Shown here one piece after another: positions 17,331 through 28,196 of a stretch of DNA of 48,765 bases. The position numbers and the translations under genes are program-made. The notes under the pieces were generated by a model. That model worked only from the letters and a program-made list of their open reading frames with translations. It had not been told where the DNA came from and made no database searches. The stretch is from a virus (lineage: Duplodnaviria; Heunggongvirae; Uroviricota; Caudoviricetes): IMG/VR virus record IMGVR_UViG_3300029611_000001, positions 89,067-137,831 of that record; one strand, written 5' to 3'. Position 1 is the stretch's first letter. The number at the start of each line of letters is the position of its first letter.

Positions 17331-17612
17331 ATGGGCGGATGTGGTAAAGCAAGGCATTTACAATGCGAGGATAAAAGGAAGTCCTTATTTTCTATGTTGC
17401 AGGCATCTTGTGACGATCTCCCCGATTATTCTGCCGGGGACATTCTCTATGCCGTACTTAGATCTTTTGCAAAGAAAAGAGGATTGTCTGTTTCTTTTTT
17501 AAGGACGTTGACAGACAGCGAGCTTTTTGAAGTGGCTGATTATAATTTATCAATGGAGTTGATGGACGTTATTATTCATGATAAAAAGGTTCTTGACAAT
17601 GAAGAAGATTGA
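17331..17612 (+). CDS. hypothetical protein
   Basis: Packed operon ORF. Confidence 0.7.
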   Translation: MGGCGKARHLQCEDKRKSLFSMLQASCDDLPDYSAGDILYAVLRSFAKKRGLSVSFLRTLTDSELFEVADYNLSMELMDVIIHDKKVLDNEED

Positions 17613-18120
17613 TTTTGATTCAGATATAAAGCATCTTATTTCTTATTACAACCATCTACTGTCTGCGCAAGACAAGGCGGGAGAGGAGATGGAAGAGATA
17701 ACTAAGGATATTATTAGGAAGAAGGATGAGGAAAACGACATAGAGTTAGAAGACTTTATTGATTTAGAAGAAAAGTCGTTTATGACCAACTTGTATCAAC
17801 AAGAGATGTTGAAAGTATCTTCTTCTATAAAGGCCGTTTACAGGTTATCTATTAACGCCGGTCATGATCTCAATGTAGATGATGACAGTAAGAAGGTTCT
17901 TGATAGGATAGTAAATGACGGAGAATCAGATTTTATTATGTACGTTGATAATAATACTGGTTCTGTTGTATTCAAAGACGAATCTGTTGAGGAAGGAATA
18001 AAAAACATGTGCAAGTATCGTGTTGATCCATCTTCTCTTGAAGACAGGTTTAATATGCTTAAGTCTCAGTATGAGGATTTTTTAAAAATTATCAACAATG
18101 AAAGCAAGAAAGCCGACTAA
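17599..18120 (+). CDS. acidic hypothetical protein
   Basis: Packed operon ORF. Confidence 0.7.
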   Translation: MKKIDFDSDIKHLISYYNHLLSAQDKAGEEMEEITKDIIRKKDEENDIELEDFIDLEEKSFMTNLYQQEMLKVSSSIKAVYRLSINAGHDLNVDDDSKKVLDRIVNDGESDFIMYVDNNTGSVVFKDESVEEGIKNMCKYRVDPSSLEDRFNMLKSQYEDFLKIINNESKKAD

Positions 18121-18436
18121 CGATGATGTCTCTTACGTAGATCGGAAACTTCTTGTGCTAAGGGATCAGATAGATAAGGCTGAACGTTATCTATCTGAAA
18201 ACCCTTGGGATAAAATAGAAGATTCCGATAAGAGAGAGAAAGAATTTAGGTTTCAAAAAAGCTTGTCTGATAGCTTAATGCAATGGACTGAATCTTATAT
18301 TAAGATGTGTGGGATAATGGATGTCTATAATCAGCTTGAGGCTGCCAAAAACAAGAAAGGCCTAAAAGGAGGACAAACAGTATCAGGTATTCAGTCTTTT
18401 GTCAAGAATGAAGCTAAGAACAAGCTCGATAAATAG
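18098..18436 (+). CDS. helical protein upstream of TerL, possible terminase small subunit
   Basis: Position and size only. Confidence 0.4.
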   Translation: MKARKPTNDDVSYVDRKLLVLRDQIDKAERYLSENPWDKIEDSDKREKEFRFQKSLSDSLMQWTESYIKMCGIMDVYNQLEAAKNKKGLKGGQTVSGIQSFVKNEAKNKLDK

Positions 18437-18443
18437 TTTTGTC

Positions 18444-21212
18444 ATGAATTTTAACAGTAAAGAACTTTATATAAATATGGGTAACGATATTCCGTTATGG
18501 AATGACCTTTATTCTTATGAAGAGCAAGACGATGATGTCAAGCAATTCTGGGAAAATGAGGCTATGAAACTCCTTAACGGTGTTACCATAAATGGTGTAT
18601 TTATCCATCCTTGGCTATACTGGCATATCAATTTCTGGAAGATGATGATTGACGTAGGAGATGATCGTATTCCTGGAAATTCTCAGCTTCGTGATAATGA
18701 ATGGATGTTTGCCGAATTTCTAAAGCAGGCTGAAGAAGAGAATAAAGGAATATTCATGTTCGGGTGCCGTCGTTTTGGAAAAGCCCTTCTTGACTCTGAG
18801 ATACTTTATCTTGAGGACCGGGAAAAGATGATAGGAAATATCGTTGTAGGGGATAAGATATATGACGATAAAGGTAATTTGGTAGAAGTCGTAGGTGTCT
18901 ATCCTCAAGGAAAAGTAACTACCTACAGAGTCGTATTTGAAGACGGTCGTAACGTTATTTGTTGCGGAAATCACCAATGGCGTGTCAATCATGGCGGAAA
19001 ATGGCATGTTAGGAGTCTTAGATCCATAGCTGGATTAGATTATAAGAGTATGTCTATTCCAGTAGGTGAGGCCCTGAACTACCCTACGGCAAAGCTGCCG
19101 GTTCCGCCGTCGGCCTACGCCTCGATGCTGGCGGCTTATCTCGGTGGCTATGGAGGGGATATGTTTTTTGATAAATACGTTTGTAAGAAGTTTTTAAGAT
19201 CGTCCATAGATCAAAAGAAAGATTTTATAGAAAACTTCATTCGTTCTTTCAGAAACGTAGTAACCGGAGAAGAAGAGCTTACGTTGTCTCATATTGACAT
19301 GGATGTCATAAATTTTGTACAACGTATGTTTTGGGCTTCAGGTTGGTATGCTAAATTGGAGGGGAATAAACTTATACTATCAAGGAATCGTAAGGAATTA
19401 AAAATAAGATCCATATCGATATACGGAAAGGAGCATGCCACTTGTATAACCGTTGATAATGATTCTCATTTATTTTTGACCACCAATTACATCGTTACTC
19501 ATAATACGGCCATAATGAGTTCTCTTCTGGCTCGTAATGCTACAATGACGTACAATTTGACGCATAATGTTATTGGAGCAAGTAAAGAAGACCTTGCCAA
19601 TATGGGAGAGTATCTTGAGTTTGGACTTGATAATCTTCCTCCTTATCTTACTATAAACAGGACTGGTAACGACTGGACTAAAGAAGTTGTTTTAGGTACA
19701 AGAAACATCAACAACCAACGTGATGTTCATGCCAGAATAAGAATCACCAACGTTGATGATGGAAAGACGCGAGGCTCATTGAAGACCGCAGGCGGAACTC
19801 CATATACGTCTATATATGATGAGGTAGGTAAATTCCCGGTGCTTGGGGCATGGCTTGCCGGTAGGCCAGCTCATATGATGCATGGTAGAATGAGGGGCGT
19901 TTGTTTGATGGCGGGAACTGGCGGTAATGTAGAAAAGTCTCAAGATGCCCAGAAAATCATGAACTCTCCGGACGAATATGGATTCATTATAATGAATTAT
20001 GATATTCTAAATAAGAGAGTTATTAAACCAACATGGCGTATATGTAAATCTGGATGCTTTGTTCCGGCCCAGATGTCTCATGCTTATGAAAAGAAAGAAA
20101 CGACTCTTGATAAGTATCTTGGAGTAGAGAATGCTCCCGGTCTTAAGAAGATAAAAATAAAAGTTTCAGACTTTGATAAAAATACTGGAATAATAAAATC
20201 ACGTCTTGACGAACTTGTCAAAAAGGATAGAGCTTTATACGTCCAGGAACGAATGGCATTCCCTTTGTCTATAGATGATTGTTTCCTTAATACGAACGTA
20301 AATAGGTTCCCTGTAGAAGATGCGTTGAAGCACAAAAGCCGTCTTCTTGAAGAAGGTAGGCCTGGTAAAACAGTGGATATTTATCAGATAGACGGCATGA
20401 AAATGGGGTATAATTTTAGTGATAAGCAGCTTGCTGATTATCCGTTTCAAGGTGGTAACATAGATTCTCCTGTTGTTATATATGAGGATCCACCAGAAGA
20501 AGGAGGTGTTTTTGATTACACTTATGTCTCATCGCTTGACCCCTATAAATCTGACAAGGCTGATACTGATTCTGTTGGTTCGTTTTATGTACTTAAAAGA
20601 TATGTAAAAATCAACGATCCATTTGCTTATTGCATAGTAGCATCATACGCATCACGTCCTCCATCTTCCGATGATTTTTGTAGGAATTGTGAAATACTTC
20701 AAGAAGCGTATGGGGCCAAGTGTCTTATGGAGAATGCCGACCGAATGTATGAATTTTATCTTACGAGACGAAATAAGCAGCTTATGTTGCTGGAAGATGG
20801 CGAACGTCTTGCCGGTAAGATTATCCGTGCCGGAGCCCGTCAGAACAATAAGCTCGGTTTGGCTCCTACGGTTCCCAATCAGCGTATGCTTTTCAATACC
20901 GTTATTCAATATTGTTGGGAGGATGTTGTTGTTGGGTATGATGATGATGGTAATGAAATAACACAGAAAGGTATTTACCGTATCCCTGATATAGAACTTC
21001 TTGATGAGATCATAGCCTTCGGCCCCGGGATCAACACCGACCGTATCATAGCCTTCGGCCACGCTCTTCTTCTGGCTAAGTACTATGATGATATGGGTTA
21101 CATGCCTGAAAGTACGACTCAGAAGGAGAATCAAAAGAAGAGAGAACGTAGGAAGACAGAGCAGGTTAAAGGATTTACGGTAAGAAGACATAACCCTTAC
21201 AAAATGAGATAG
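18444..21212 (+). CDS. terL: terminase large subunit (crAss-like), intein-containing
   Basis: Walker A RRFGK|T, Walker B IYDEVG, coupling motif GTGG, nuclease LDPY...MEN...DRIIA. Confidence 0.93.
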   Translation: MNFNSKELYINMGNDIPLWNDLYSYEEQDDDVKQFWENEAMKLLNGVTINGVFIHPWLYWHINFWKMMIDVGDDRIPGNSQLRDNEWMFAEFLKQAEEENKGIFMFGCRRFGKALLDSEILYLEDREKMIGNIVVGDKIYDDKGNLVEVVGVYPQGKVTTYRVVFEDGRNVICCGNHQWRVNHGGKWHVRSLRSIAGLDYKSMSIPVGEALNYPTAKLPVPPSAYASMLAAYLGGYGGDMFFDKYVCKKFLRSSIDQKKDFIENFIRSFRNVVTGEEELTLSHIDMDVINFVQRMFWASGWYAKLEGNKLILSRNRKELKIRSISIYGKEHATCITVDNDSHLFLTTNYIVTHNTAIMSSLLARNATMTYNLTHNVIGASKEDLANMGEYLEFGLDNLPPYLTINRTGNDWTKEVVLGTRNINNQRDVHARIRITNVDDGKTRGSLKTAGGTPYTSIYDEVGKFPVLGAWLAGRPAHMMHGRMRGVCLMAGTGGNVEKSQDAQKIMNSPDEYGFIIMNYDILNKRVIKPTWRICKSGCFVPAQMSHAYEKKETTLDKYLGVENAPGLKKIKIKVSDFDKNTGIIKSRLDELVKKDRALYVQERMAFPLSIDDCFLNTNVNRFPVEDALKHKSRLLEEGRPGKTVDIYQIDGMKMGYNFSDKQLADYPFQGGNIDSPVVIYEDPPEEGGVFDYTYVSSLDPYKSDKADTDSVGSFYVLKRYVKINDPFAYCIVASYASRPPSSDDFCRNCEILQEAYGAKCLMENADRMYEFYLTRRNKQLMLLEDGERLAGKIIRAGARQNNKLGLAPTVPNQRMLFNTVIQYCWEDVVVGYDDDGNEITQKGIYRIPDIELLDEIIAFGPGINTDRIIAFGHALLLAKYYDDMGYMPESTTQKENQKKRERRKTEQVKGFTVRRHNPYKMR
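18783..19505 (+). mobile_element. 241-aa Ala1 class 3 intein with degenerate LAGLIDADG remnant
   Basis: GK|ALLDSEIL...NHQW...ATCITVDN...IVTHN|T. Confidence 0.9.
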
Positions 21213-21227
21213 GTAGAACAATTTACC

Positions 21228-21235
21228 TATCTTTG
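21228..21235 (+). promoter_or_regulatory. -7 promoter box before portal
   Basis: TATCTTTG 18 nt before ATG. Confidence 0.55.
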
Positions 21236-21253
21236 TGAAAAAACATATAGCTC

Positions 21254-24013
21254 ATGGAGTATTTTAATAGAGATCAGGCTTTTCCGGCCAGAGGAGTATT
21301 TTCAGGGTTGCCGGTGCAGGCGATACCTACCAAGAGAAAAACCAGGGAGTGGTTTAAAGCCACTATGGATTCTCTTGAATTGATTGGTTTGAAGCAGCTT
21401 GATGAGAACCAAAAGTTCAAGGATTTTTATAGGATGATGGAAGGCAAGCTGTCATTTATGGAACTGAAAGATGTAATTCCTTATCTTAAGGATGTTCAGT
21501 CTATAAGGGATAATGTGAATATTCCATCATTCTTACGTCATTATGATATAATAGGTACGATCGTAAATGCTTTTGTAGGATGGTTGGGCAACCTTTCTGA
21601 TAAGTATAATGTAGTTGGATTGGACGAATCTGAAGTGAATCAGTATTCTGCCACGAAGGAAAATCTTCTTTATAATTACATTAGAGAGGAATTGGACAGA
21701 AGGGTTAGGCAAGAGTTATTAAATAGAGGATTGGATCCGGATTATAATAATTTTGCCAGCGAAGAAGAAAAGCAGGCTTATGCTCAACAGATACAAGAGG
21801 TGAAAGCATCTATGACTCCTCCTGAGATAGAGAATTTCATGAATACAAAATGGAAGACCGCCGAGGTTATATGGGGTTCTCATACGCTTGAGGCGGACAG
21901 GGGGCGTTTTTACATGGATGAGATAGACACCGAGAATTTCATTGACTATCTTCTTACCGGTCGTTGCTTTAGAAATTATCATGTAGGATACGACTATTAT
22001 AAGCCGGAGAGGTGGTCTCCGTTGAATACGTTTTATTCTAAGACATTAGATAGCAAGTATCCTCAATATGGGGATTATATTGGTCGTGTTCATTATTATA
22101 CTGCCAATGATATTATAGTAAGGTGGGGGCATCTTCTTACGGCGAAAGACAAGCAGAAGCTTATAGGGGGTGCTGATAATTTCAATGGTACTTATCATAA
22201 TGGTGATAATGGGAGCTATGTAAGTTTATCCAAATCGGCGAGTGTAGGGATGTTATATCAGAATAAGGTAATACCTTGGAAAGGATATAATGATTATGCC
22301 TCTATAAAAGCTTATGAAGATTATTACGGTATTCCAGCCGGCACATATACCGGATACGATAGTAATGGCAACGAATATCACAGAACCAGATTCATGCCAA
22401 ATTTAGAGCATGGTAATTACTATAACCGTGCCCAGAGTTTGAGCGACGAGCATGTTCGTAGTGATTTGTATCAGGTAACTGAATCATATTGGGTATCCCC
22501 AGCTCAGGTGTATGTAATTACCTACCAAACTGAAACCGGATTAGTAACTACCGAAATGGTAACCGACGAGCTTCTTCAGGACTTTTTACAGGAAAATGGT
22601 ATTAAGAAAATTACCAGGACCATGAGTAAGGGAATGGAGAACCCGGAGATTAATACCTATTTCGTAGATTACGTTCCACAGGTAAGGTACGGGGTTAAGA
22701 TCAGTGGCGGGGCTCTCGCTCAGGATAACCTGTATCTGGATGGAGAACCTATCGATCACCAGATAAAAGGGGATAGTAACATCTATGACTTTGTTCTACC
22801 CGTTGCCGGATATATCGGTACTTCTATGGCCAACAGGATTCAGCCATATCAAATATTTTATAATTTCTCCATAAATCAGATAAACAATATTCTTGAAAAG
22901 GAGATCGGTAAATTCTTCTTAGGGGATATAAATCTGGTTCCAAGTGAATACAAGGATTTGGGTGAAGATGTGGCTGATATATGGGCTAACCTTCTTGATG
23001 TGGCTAAGTCTGTAGGAGCTCTGACATTAGATACCTCATCTCAAAACACGAAAGGCGGTGTTCCTTTCAACCAGTTTGCCGTCTATGATTTGTCGCAGAC
23101 AGAGCAGCTTAAAACAAGAATGGAGCTTGCTGAATGGTCAAGGATGAAGTGTTTTGAAATGGTTGGCATCACGCCTCAAGTAATTAACGGTCCCAACAGG
23201 TATGAGACTGCCACCGGGGTCCAGCAGGGCGTTACAGCATCTATGTTACAAACACAGATATACTTTGATAACTTCGGTTACTTCAAGAAACGCGCTTTGG
23301 ATCTTCATCTGGCTGTCGCTCAACAATGCCAGGAAGAAGGAAAGGATATTTCTGTAATGTACACAAAAAGTGACCTTACCAGAGCGTTTTTATCTATAGG
23401 AACCGACGGTCTTAGCCTAAGGCATCTTGGTGTTCAAGCTTTATCCAACTCGAAGAAAAGGGATGAGCTTGAAAAGTTCAAGACCTTTATGTTGCAGCTA
23501 AATACGGCCGGAGGAGACATTTACGATCTTGCATCTATCTTCACATCAGATTCTATGGTGGAACTTATACAGAATGCAAGGAATACTCGCGCATACAACG
23601 AGCGTCAGATGCAGCAGCAACAACAGAATCAGATGCAGCTTAACCAGCAACAGATACAAGCTGAAGCTGCTGAGAAGGATAAGCAACGTCAGCATGAACT
23701 TGCTTTAGAAGACAAGAAAGGTCAATACAGGATACTTCAAGAGAAGATCCAGGCGGCAGGCAGGGCGGCAGACGCCAAGAGCGACGCCACCTCCCTCAAC
23801 TTCCTGGCTTCTGTTTCAGATCAGACCGTAAGGCAAGCTGATATAGAAAGCAAGGAAAGGATAGAGGATAAGAAGATCGAAAACGATTCCAAACTTCATG
23901 ATGATGAAATGAGAATGAAAATGGAAGAGTTAAAATTAAAATCCAAAGAGCTTGCTCAACGAGCGAGGGAAGACGCCACTAAAAGGTATGTAGCCGGAAT
24001 CAATAAGAATTAA
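21254..24013 (+). CDS. portal protein (crAss-like)
   Basis: 919 aa, follows TerL, LPVQAIP...KTREW N-terminus, Q-rich coiled-coil C-terminus. Confidence 0.85.
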   Translation: MEYFNRDQAFPARGVFSGLPVQAIPTKRKTREWFKATMDSLELIGLKQLDENQKFKDFYRMMEGKLSFMELKDVIPYLKDVQSIRDNVNIPSFLRHYDIIGTIVNAFVGWLGNLSDKYNVVGLDESEVNQYSATKENLLYNYIREELDRRVRQELLNRGLDPDYNNFASEEEKQAYAQQIQEVKASMTPPEIENFMNTKWKTAEVIWGSHTLEADRGRFYMDEIDTENFIDYLLTGRCFRNYHVGYDYYKPERWSPLNTFYSKTLDSKYPQYGDYIGRVHYYTANDIIVRWGHLLTAKDKQKLIGGADNFNGTYHNGDNGSYVSLSKSASVGMLYQNKVIPWKGYNDYASIKAYEDYYGIPAGTYTGYDSNGNEYHRTRFMPNLEHGNYYNRAQSLSDEHVRSDLYQVTESYWVSPAQVYVITYQTETGLVTTEMVTDELLQDFLQENGIKKITRTMSKGMENPEINTYFVDYVPQVRYGVKISGGALAQDNLYLDGEPIDHQIKGDSNIYDFVLPVAGYIGTSMANRIQPYQIFYNFSINQINNILEKEIGKFFLGDINLVPSEYKDLGEDVADIWANLLDVAKSVGALTLDTSSQNTKGGVPFNQFAVYDLSQTEQLKTRMELAEWSRMKCFEMVGITPQVINGPNRYETATGVQQGVTASMLQTQIYFDNFGYFKKRALDLHLAVAQQCQEEGKDISVMYTKSDLTRAFLSIGTDGLSLRHLGVQALSNSKKRDELEKFKTFMLQLNTAGGDIYDLASIFTSDSMVELIQNARNTRAYNERQMQQQQQNQMQLNQQQIQAEAAEKDKQRQHELALEDKKGQYRILQEKIQAAGRAADAKSDATSLNFLASVSDQTVRQADIESKERIEDKKIENDSKLHDDEMRMKMEELKLKSKELAQRAREDATKRYVAGINKN

Positions 24014-24016
24014 GGA

Positions 24017-24071
24017 TTAAATATCCCCAAATTTCATTAGAAAATCTCTAATAAAATTTGGGGATATTTAA
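24017..24071 (+). terminator. long hairpin, terminator or processing site
   Basis: TTAAATATCCCCAAATTT...AAATTTGGGGATATTTAA 18-bp perfect outer stem. Confidence 0.75.
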
Positions 24072-24139
24072 TTTTTAGTGAAGATTAAACACTTATAAGT
24101 TTTTTATCTGAAATATAGGTATTTAAATATTTTTGCAGT

Positions 24140-25306
24140 ATGGGAAAATTAGAAAAAAATGGAATAGTAGAATTGGACGATATTTTTAGTATCGGTCCGA
24201 TTGATGATGTTTATAATAGGGAAGAAGATATTCTGCCTATTAATGGTAATGAACCGGCTAAAAAAGATGAGAAGCCTGTAGAAGAAGGTTCTCAAATTAA
24301 AGAAGAGCTGGTTGTTGATCCTACTCCTGATCCTAAAGAGGATAAAAAAGGAGGAGAGAATGTAGTTGATGTTAATCAGGATCAGGTAGAGACCCCGGTT
24401 GTCAATTACAGAAAAGTATTGGATGCCCTTTCTTCAAGGGGAATCATTCCCGATTTGAAAGATGTGGTGTTTAGCGGTGAAAATGGTGAAGAGATTACTA
24501 TCAATGATCTTGATTTTAGTAAAGAAGATTCGTTGTGTGACATACTATCTACAGTCCTTGAAAGCCAGAAAGAGGACATTGTTAAGGATAAGATAGATGT
24601 TACTTCTGTTTCTGATATTACTAAGAAGCTTATCCAGGCTGATAAGGCCGGCGCTAATATCGTTGATATTCTTAAGCAATATGATACGAATGTCGCTCCT
24701 ATAGAAAAGCTTGACATTGAAAACAAAGCAGATCAGATAAAGATCGTTCGCCATTATGTTGATCTTCTTGGGTTGCCTAAAGATGAAGCTGATGAGTTTT
24801 TCAAAGGCATTATCAATAAAGGAGAAGAGTATGTTGAAGCAAAGGCTATAAAGTACAAGGCTGAGCTTGATAAGAGAATGGATGATATTATCCAGCAACG
24901 TACTAAAGAGGCTGCCGAAAAGAAGGCGAAGGATGCAGAAGATTTTAGAAGGTATAAGAAAGACCTTAAGTCTTCTATCCAGGCAAAGTATCAGCTAAAT
25001 GACACTATGGTATCTAAAGCTCTTGATTTTGCCCTAAAACCTTCTGAATCGAATCCCGGAATTACCAAAGCATTTAATAGGGTAAGGGAGATGATGATGA
25101 ATCCGGAAGAAGCACCAGATTTGATTATGTTTCTTATGAACCCAGGAGAGTTCATAAAACAGAAGTCGAATCAAGCTGTAGTTGATGAGAAAAAGAAAAT
25201 TTATAAGCTCATCAGCCATACAAATAAAGACAAGAGGGTGGCTCCGGTAGATGATAAAGGTGATCAAGTTCAAGGTGTGAAGTTCGATGAAATCAGTATA
25301 GATTAA
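24140..25306 (+). CDS. putative capsid scaffolding protein
   Basis: Acidic N-terminus, helical; between portal and MCP. Confidence 0.65.
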   Translation: MGKLEKNGIVELDDIFSIGPIDDVYNREEDILPINGNEPAKKDEKPVEEGSQIKEELVVDPTPDPKEDKKGGENVVDVNQDQVETPVVNYRKVLDALSSRGIIPDLKDVVFSGENGEEITINDLDFSKEDSLCDILSTVLESQKEDIVKDKIDVTSVSDITKKLIQADKAGANIVDILKQYDTNVAPIEKLDIENKADQIKIVRHYVDLLGLPKDEADEFFKGIINKGEEYVEAKAIKYKAELDKRMDDIIQQRTKEAAEKKAKDAEDFRRYKKDLKSSIQAKYQLNDTMVSKALDFALKPSESNPGITKAFNRVREMMMNPEEAPDLIMFLMNPGEFIKQKSNQAVVDEKKKIYKLISHTNKDKRVAPVDDKGDQVQGVKFDEISID

Positions 25307-25328
25307 AAATTAAAACATTTTTTCGTTC

Positions 25329-27029
25329 ATGGCTAATGTACTTTTAACAAAAAATTTCCCGGCCACCATGAATGGTGACACGGTGATTGGATATACCGAC
25401 GCTAAAGTCGTTAAGCAAAGTATCGTAGAACACGATCTTAGCTCTTTAGAAGATTGGTACTACGAAGATCCGGATAAGAACCATCTGGGTATGCTTGAGT
25501 TGTTTTCTAACATTACAAACTATCCTCTGCCTATGTATATGGGTATGATCAAACAGGATGCTACTATTACCGTAAATGGTATCAATGGTTCATTCCGTTA
25601 TGATCTTCCGGTATCAGAAACGTATGAGGTGGTTACAGTAGAAGACACGTCTTTGAAATATGCAAAACCTGGTATTGATGAAAGCTTCTTCGAAATTGTG
25701 TTGAATGCACAATTTAAACAAGGAGATGTTATTACTTACGATGTGATTAACGGTTGCCAGGCTCTTATCTCTACAGAGCGTCCTCCTAAACAAGAAGGTG
25801 AAAACTGGAGATACTGGTGTAAGCTGTGGGGTCGTTCTCGTGCTAAATACTTCCCGAAAGACATGCTTCGTGCCGGTATTAAATACTGGAAGGTAACAAA
25901 CGTTCTTGGTGAGTTCTCTACTCAGTTCTCTGGTGTAGGAGGTGCTTCTAAGGCCGGTTCTATGACTTGTGAATTTACGCTTGGTGGACACCGTGGTGTT
26001 GAAGGTGAAACGACTATGTACGCTGGTATTAAGTCTTTGGCTTATGCGGACGAACGTACACAGAATTTCATCGACAAGGCTTACCAGAAAGTTCGTCAGC
26101 TTTCTGAAATCAGAGGAGGTGATGCAAGTTATGCTATCATCGGTTCTCGTCTTGGTGACGGAAGCATTGATATGCGTACAGCACGTGTAGCCAATACAGT
26201 GTCTTTGTTCTGCTTGGCTGAGTTGGCTAAGATGGAAGCATACGAACTTATGTTCATGCGCGGTGGTAGAGTCAAGGGCCATAATGGTGTTTTGATGAAA
26301 AACGAAGGCCTGTATCACCAACTGCGTCGTGGTTTCGTTATTTCTTACGCTCGTCCGGGTGGTATCAAGCGTGAACACTTCCTGGCTGCTGCTGACTATA
26401 TTTTCCGTGGCCGTAGCGATATGCCGATTGAAAATCGTGTAATGAAATTCAAGGTAGGTGCTATGGCTTACAAGAATATCGTTGAGATCTTCCGTGATGA
26501 GTTCTTCTCTCAATTAGGTGCTTTGGCTCCGCTTATGGGTACAGAACGTATCATCAATAACCCGGTAACAGGTTCAAACGATGCTCTTGAATTAGGAACT
26601 GTAAAGATCAAGGGTGTTACTATTCCGGGTATTGGTAAGGTTATTGTAGAACACGAACCTTCTTTGGATTACGTTGATATGGTAGATAGAAGCCAGTTGG
26701 TAGACGGTATGACCCCTATCACATCATATTCATGTATTATGGAAGATTTGACCGCTCCTGAATACTCTAACGCATTCGCCGGCATCCCTGCTTCAGCTGA
26801 AGCTCGTATTGGTAATATCAACAGCAACGTATTCTACGTTAAGCCTGATATCGGTTCTATGTGGTGGGGTTACGAACAAGGTAGATGGTCATCCAGAGTA
26901 TCGGCTCAAGAAATTGTATCCAGCCATCCTCGTATGTCAGAACAATTCTGGTGCCATTCTGTATCGGCTTGTTGGGTAAAAGATACCAGCCGGTTCGTAA
27001 CAATTGAATTGTTACCAAGTTCTTTGTAA
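25329..27029 (+). CDS. major capsid protein (crAss-like)
   Basis: 566 aa, position, high-expression codon bias (CGT/GGT/TTC), EGLYHQLR motif, own terminator. Confidence 0.85.
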   Translation: MANVLLTKNFPATMNGDTVIGYTDAKVVKQSIVEHDLSSLEDWYYEDPDKNHLGMLELFSNITNYPLPMYMGMIKQDATITVNGINGSFRYDLPVSETYEVVTVEDTSLKYAKPGIDESFFEIVLNAQFKQGDVITYDVINGCQALISTERPPKQEGENWRYWCKLWGRSRAKYFPKDMLRAGIKYWKVTNVLGEFSTQFSGVGGASKAGSMTCEFTLGGHRGVEGETTMYAGIKSLAYADERTQNFIDKAYQKVRQLSEIRGGDASYAIIGSRLGDGSIDMRTARVANTVSLFCLAELAKMEAYELMFMRGGRVKGHNGVLMKNEGLYHQLRRGFVISYARPGGIKREHFLAAADYIFRGRSDMPIENRVMKFKVGAMAYKNIVEIFRDEFFSQLGALAPLMGTERIINNPVTGSNDALELGTVKIKGVTIPGIGKVIVEHEPSLDYVDMVDRSQLVDGMTPITSYSCIMEDLTAPEYSNAFAGIPASAEARIGNINSNVFYVKPDIGSMWWGYEQGRWSSRVSAQEIVSSHPRMSEQFWCHSVSACWVKDTSRFVTIELLPSSL

Positions 27030-27049
27030 TCATAACTTTTAATATTAAC

Positions 27050-27087
27050 TTGCGGTCGGCTTTAAAACCGGCCGCAAATTTTGTTTT
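27050..27087 (+). terminator. intrinsic terminator after MCP
   Basis: TTGCGGTCGG/CCGGCCGCAA stem then T-rich tract. Confidence 0.8.
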
Positions 27088-27104
27088 CATAGGATATATA
27101 AAAG

Positions 27105-28193
27105 ATGGGAAAAAAGATTTTTGAAGAAAGCCATGAGTCTAAGAAACTGCTGGCTACCGTAGGAGGAATGAAGATATATTCCGACTCTATTTATGTTATA
27201 ACAGGTAAGATGGATGAAGAAGCTCCTTCCGGATATCAGGAAAGAGGTATTTCCAAGACTCCTTTCCCTGGTAATAAGACAGTATCTTGTTGTGGATGGG
27301 ATAAGGATCTTAGGGTATATGATACCGGTTTCTTCATCAATTCAGCATGTTATAAAGGTTACTCACTTGAAGACAAGAAAGCTGAAATGGATATGCGTAT
27401 TAAGAATATTCGGTATCCGTTTGAAGAAACTATCAATGAGGACCTGGACCAAAAGAATTTCGATTTCTGGGATTCTTACAGAATTGACTTGTATGATGGT
27501 CGTTTGTTCTATACTAATGACGTTCGTGATTTATTTGAGCTGTATATAGCTATTTTATCCAAGTCTCTTACTCCTAAAGAGGAAGATGGTAATCCGATGT
27601 ATGTCGAATCTTATTATTGTGTAGAAGATAAGACTACGGCCGTAGATATCAGGAAACAACGTCAGATTGACAAGGCCGATATTTTATACGAGTTCATGAA
27701 CAAACTGAAAGGATCCGAGGTTGAAAGGAAAAGCATCTACGATCTGCTTTTGTATCTTGACATCATATATAGCGTAGAGCTTGATCAGAGCATGGTTCAA
27801 TACATATTCACTAATTGGATTGATGCCAAGAATACGAACGTTGATATGTATAAAGAAGCAAGCTCAAGATTCTTATCTGACGACGAATCTTCTGAGGGAA
27901 TGCAGGTGATCAAATTCCATAGAATGATCAGGGAGATGATCGAGGGACTGGCTGTCACCGTCAACACCGACGGACTGTATCTGAATGGCGAGCTTCTGGG
28001 TGCCGACGCCATCTCTGCATCTATGGCTCTTGCTTCCAATAAGTCGATGTTAGAAACCAAGTCACGTGTTCTGGAAGCGTATAATGCTTTAAAGAACAAG
28101 CATAAAAAAATAGAAGGAGCTAAGTCTGATAAGAAGAAAAAGGAAGATGAGAAAGGTTTTGATGTTGATCAATACGCTGATAAAAAGGAATAA
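27105..28193 (+). CDS. post-MCP hypothetical protein
   Basis: 362 aa; position matches crAss-like head module order. Confidence 0.7.
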   Translation: MGKKIFEESHESKKLLATVGGMKIYSDSIYVITGKMDEEAPSGYQERGISKTPFPGNKTVSCCGWDKDLRVYDTGFFINSACYKGYSLEDKKAEMDMRIKNIRYPFEETINEDLDQKNFDFWDSYRIDLYDGRLFYTNDVRDLFELYIAILSKSLTPKEEDGNPMYVESYYCVEDKTTAVDIRKQRQIDKADILYEFMNKLKGSEVERKSIYDLLLYLDIIYSVELDQSMVQYIFTNWIDAKNTNVDMYKEASSRFLSDDESSEGMQVIKFHRMIREMIEGLAVTVNTDGLYLNGELLGADAISASMALASNKSMLETKSRVLEAYNALKNKHKKIEGAKSDKKKKEDEKGFDVDQYADKKE

Positions 28194-28196
28194 TTT

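Noticed and set aside
21009..21060. 16-bp direct repeat ATCATAGCCTTCGGCC in terL
   Set aside because: Encodes IIAFG twice in frame; explained by local coding duplication or conversion
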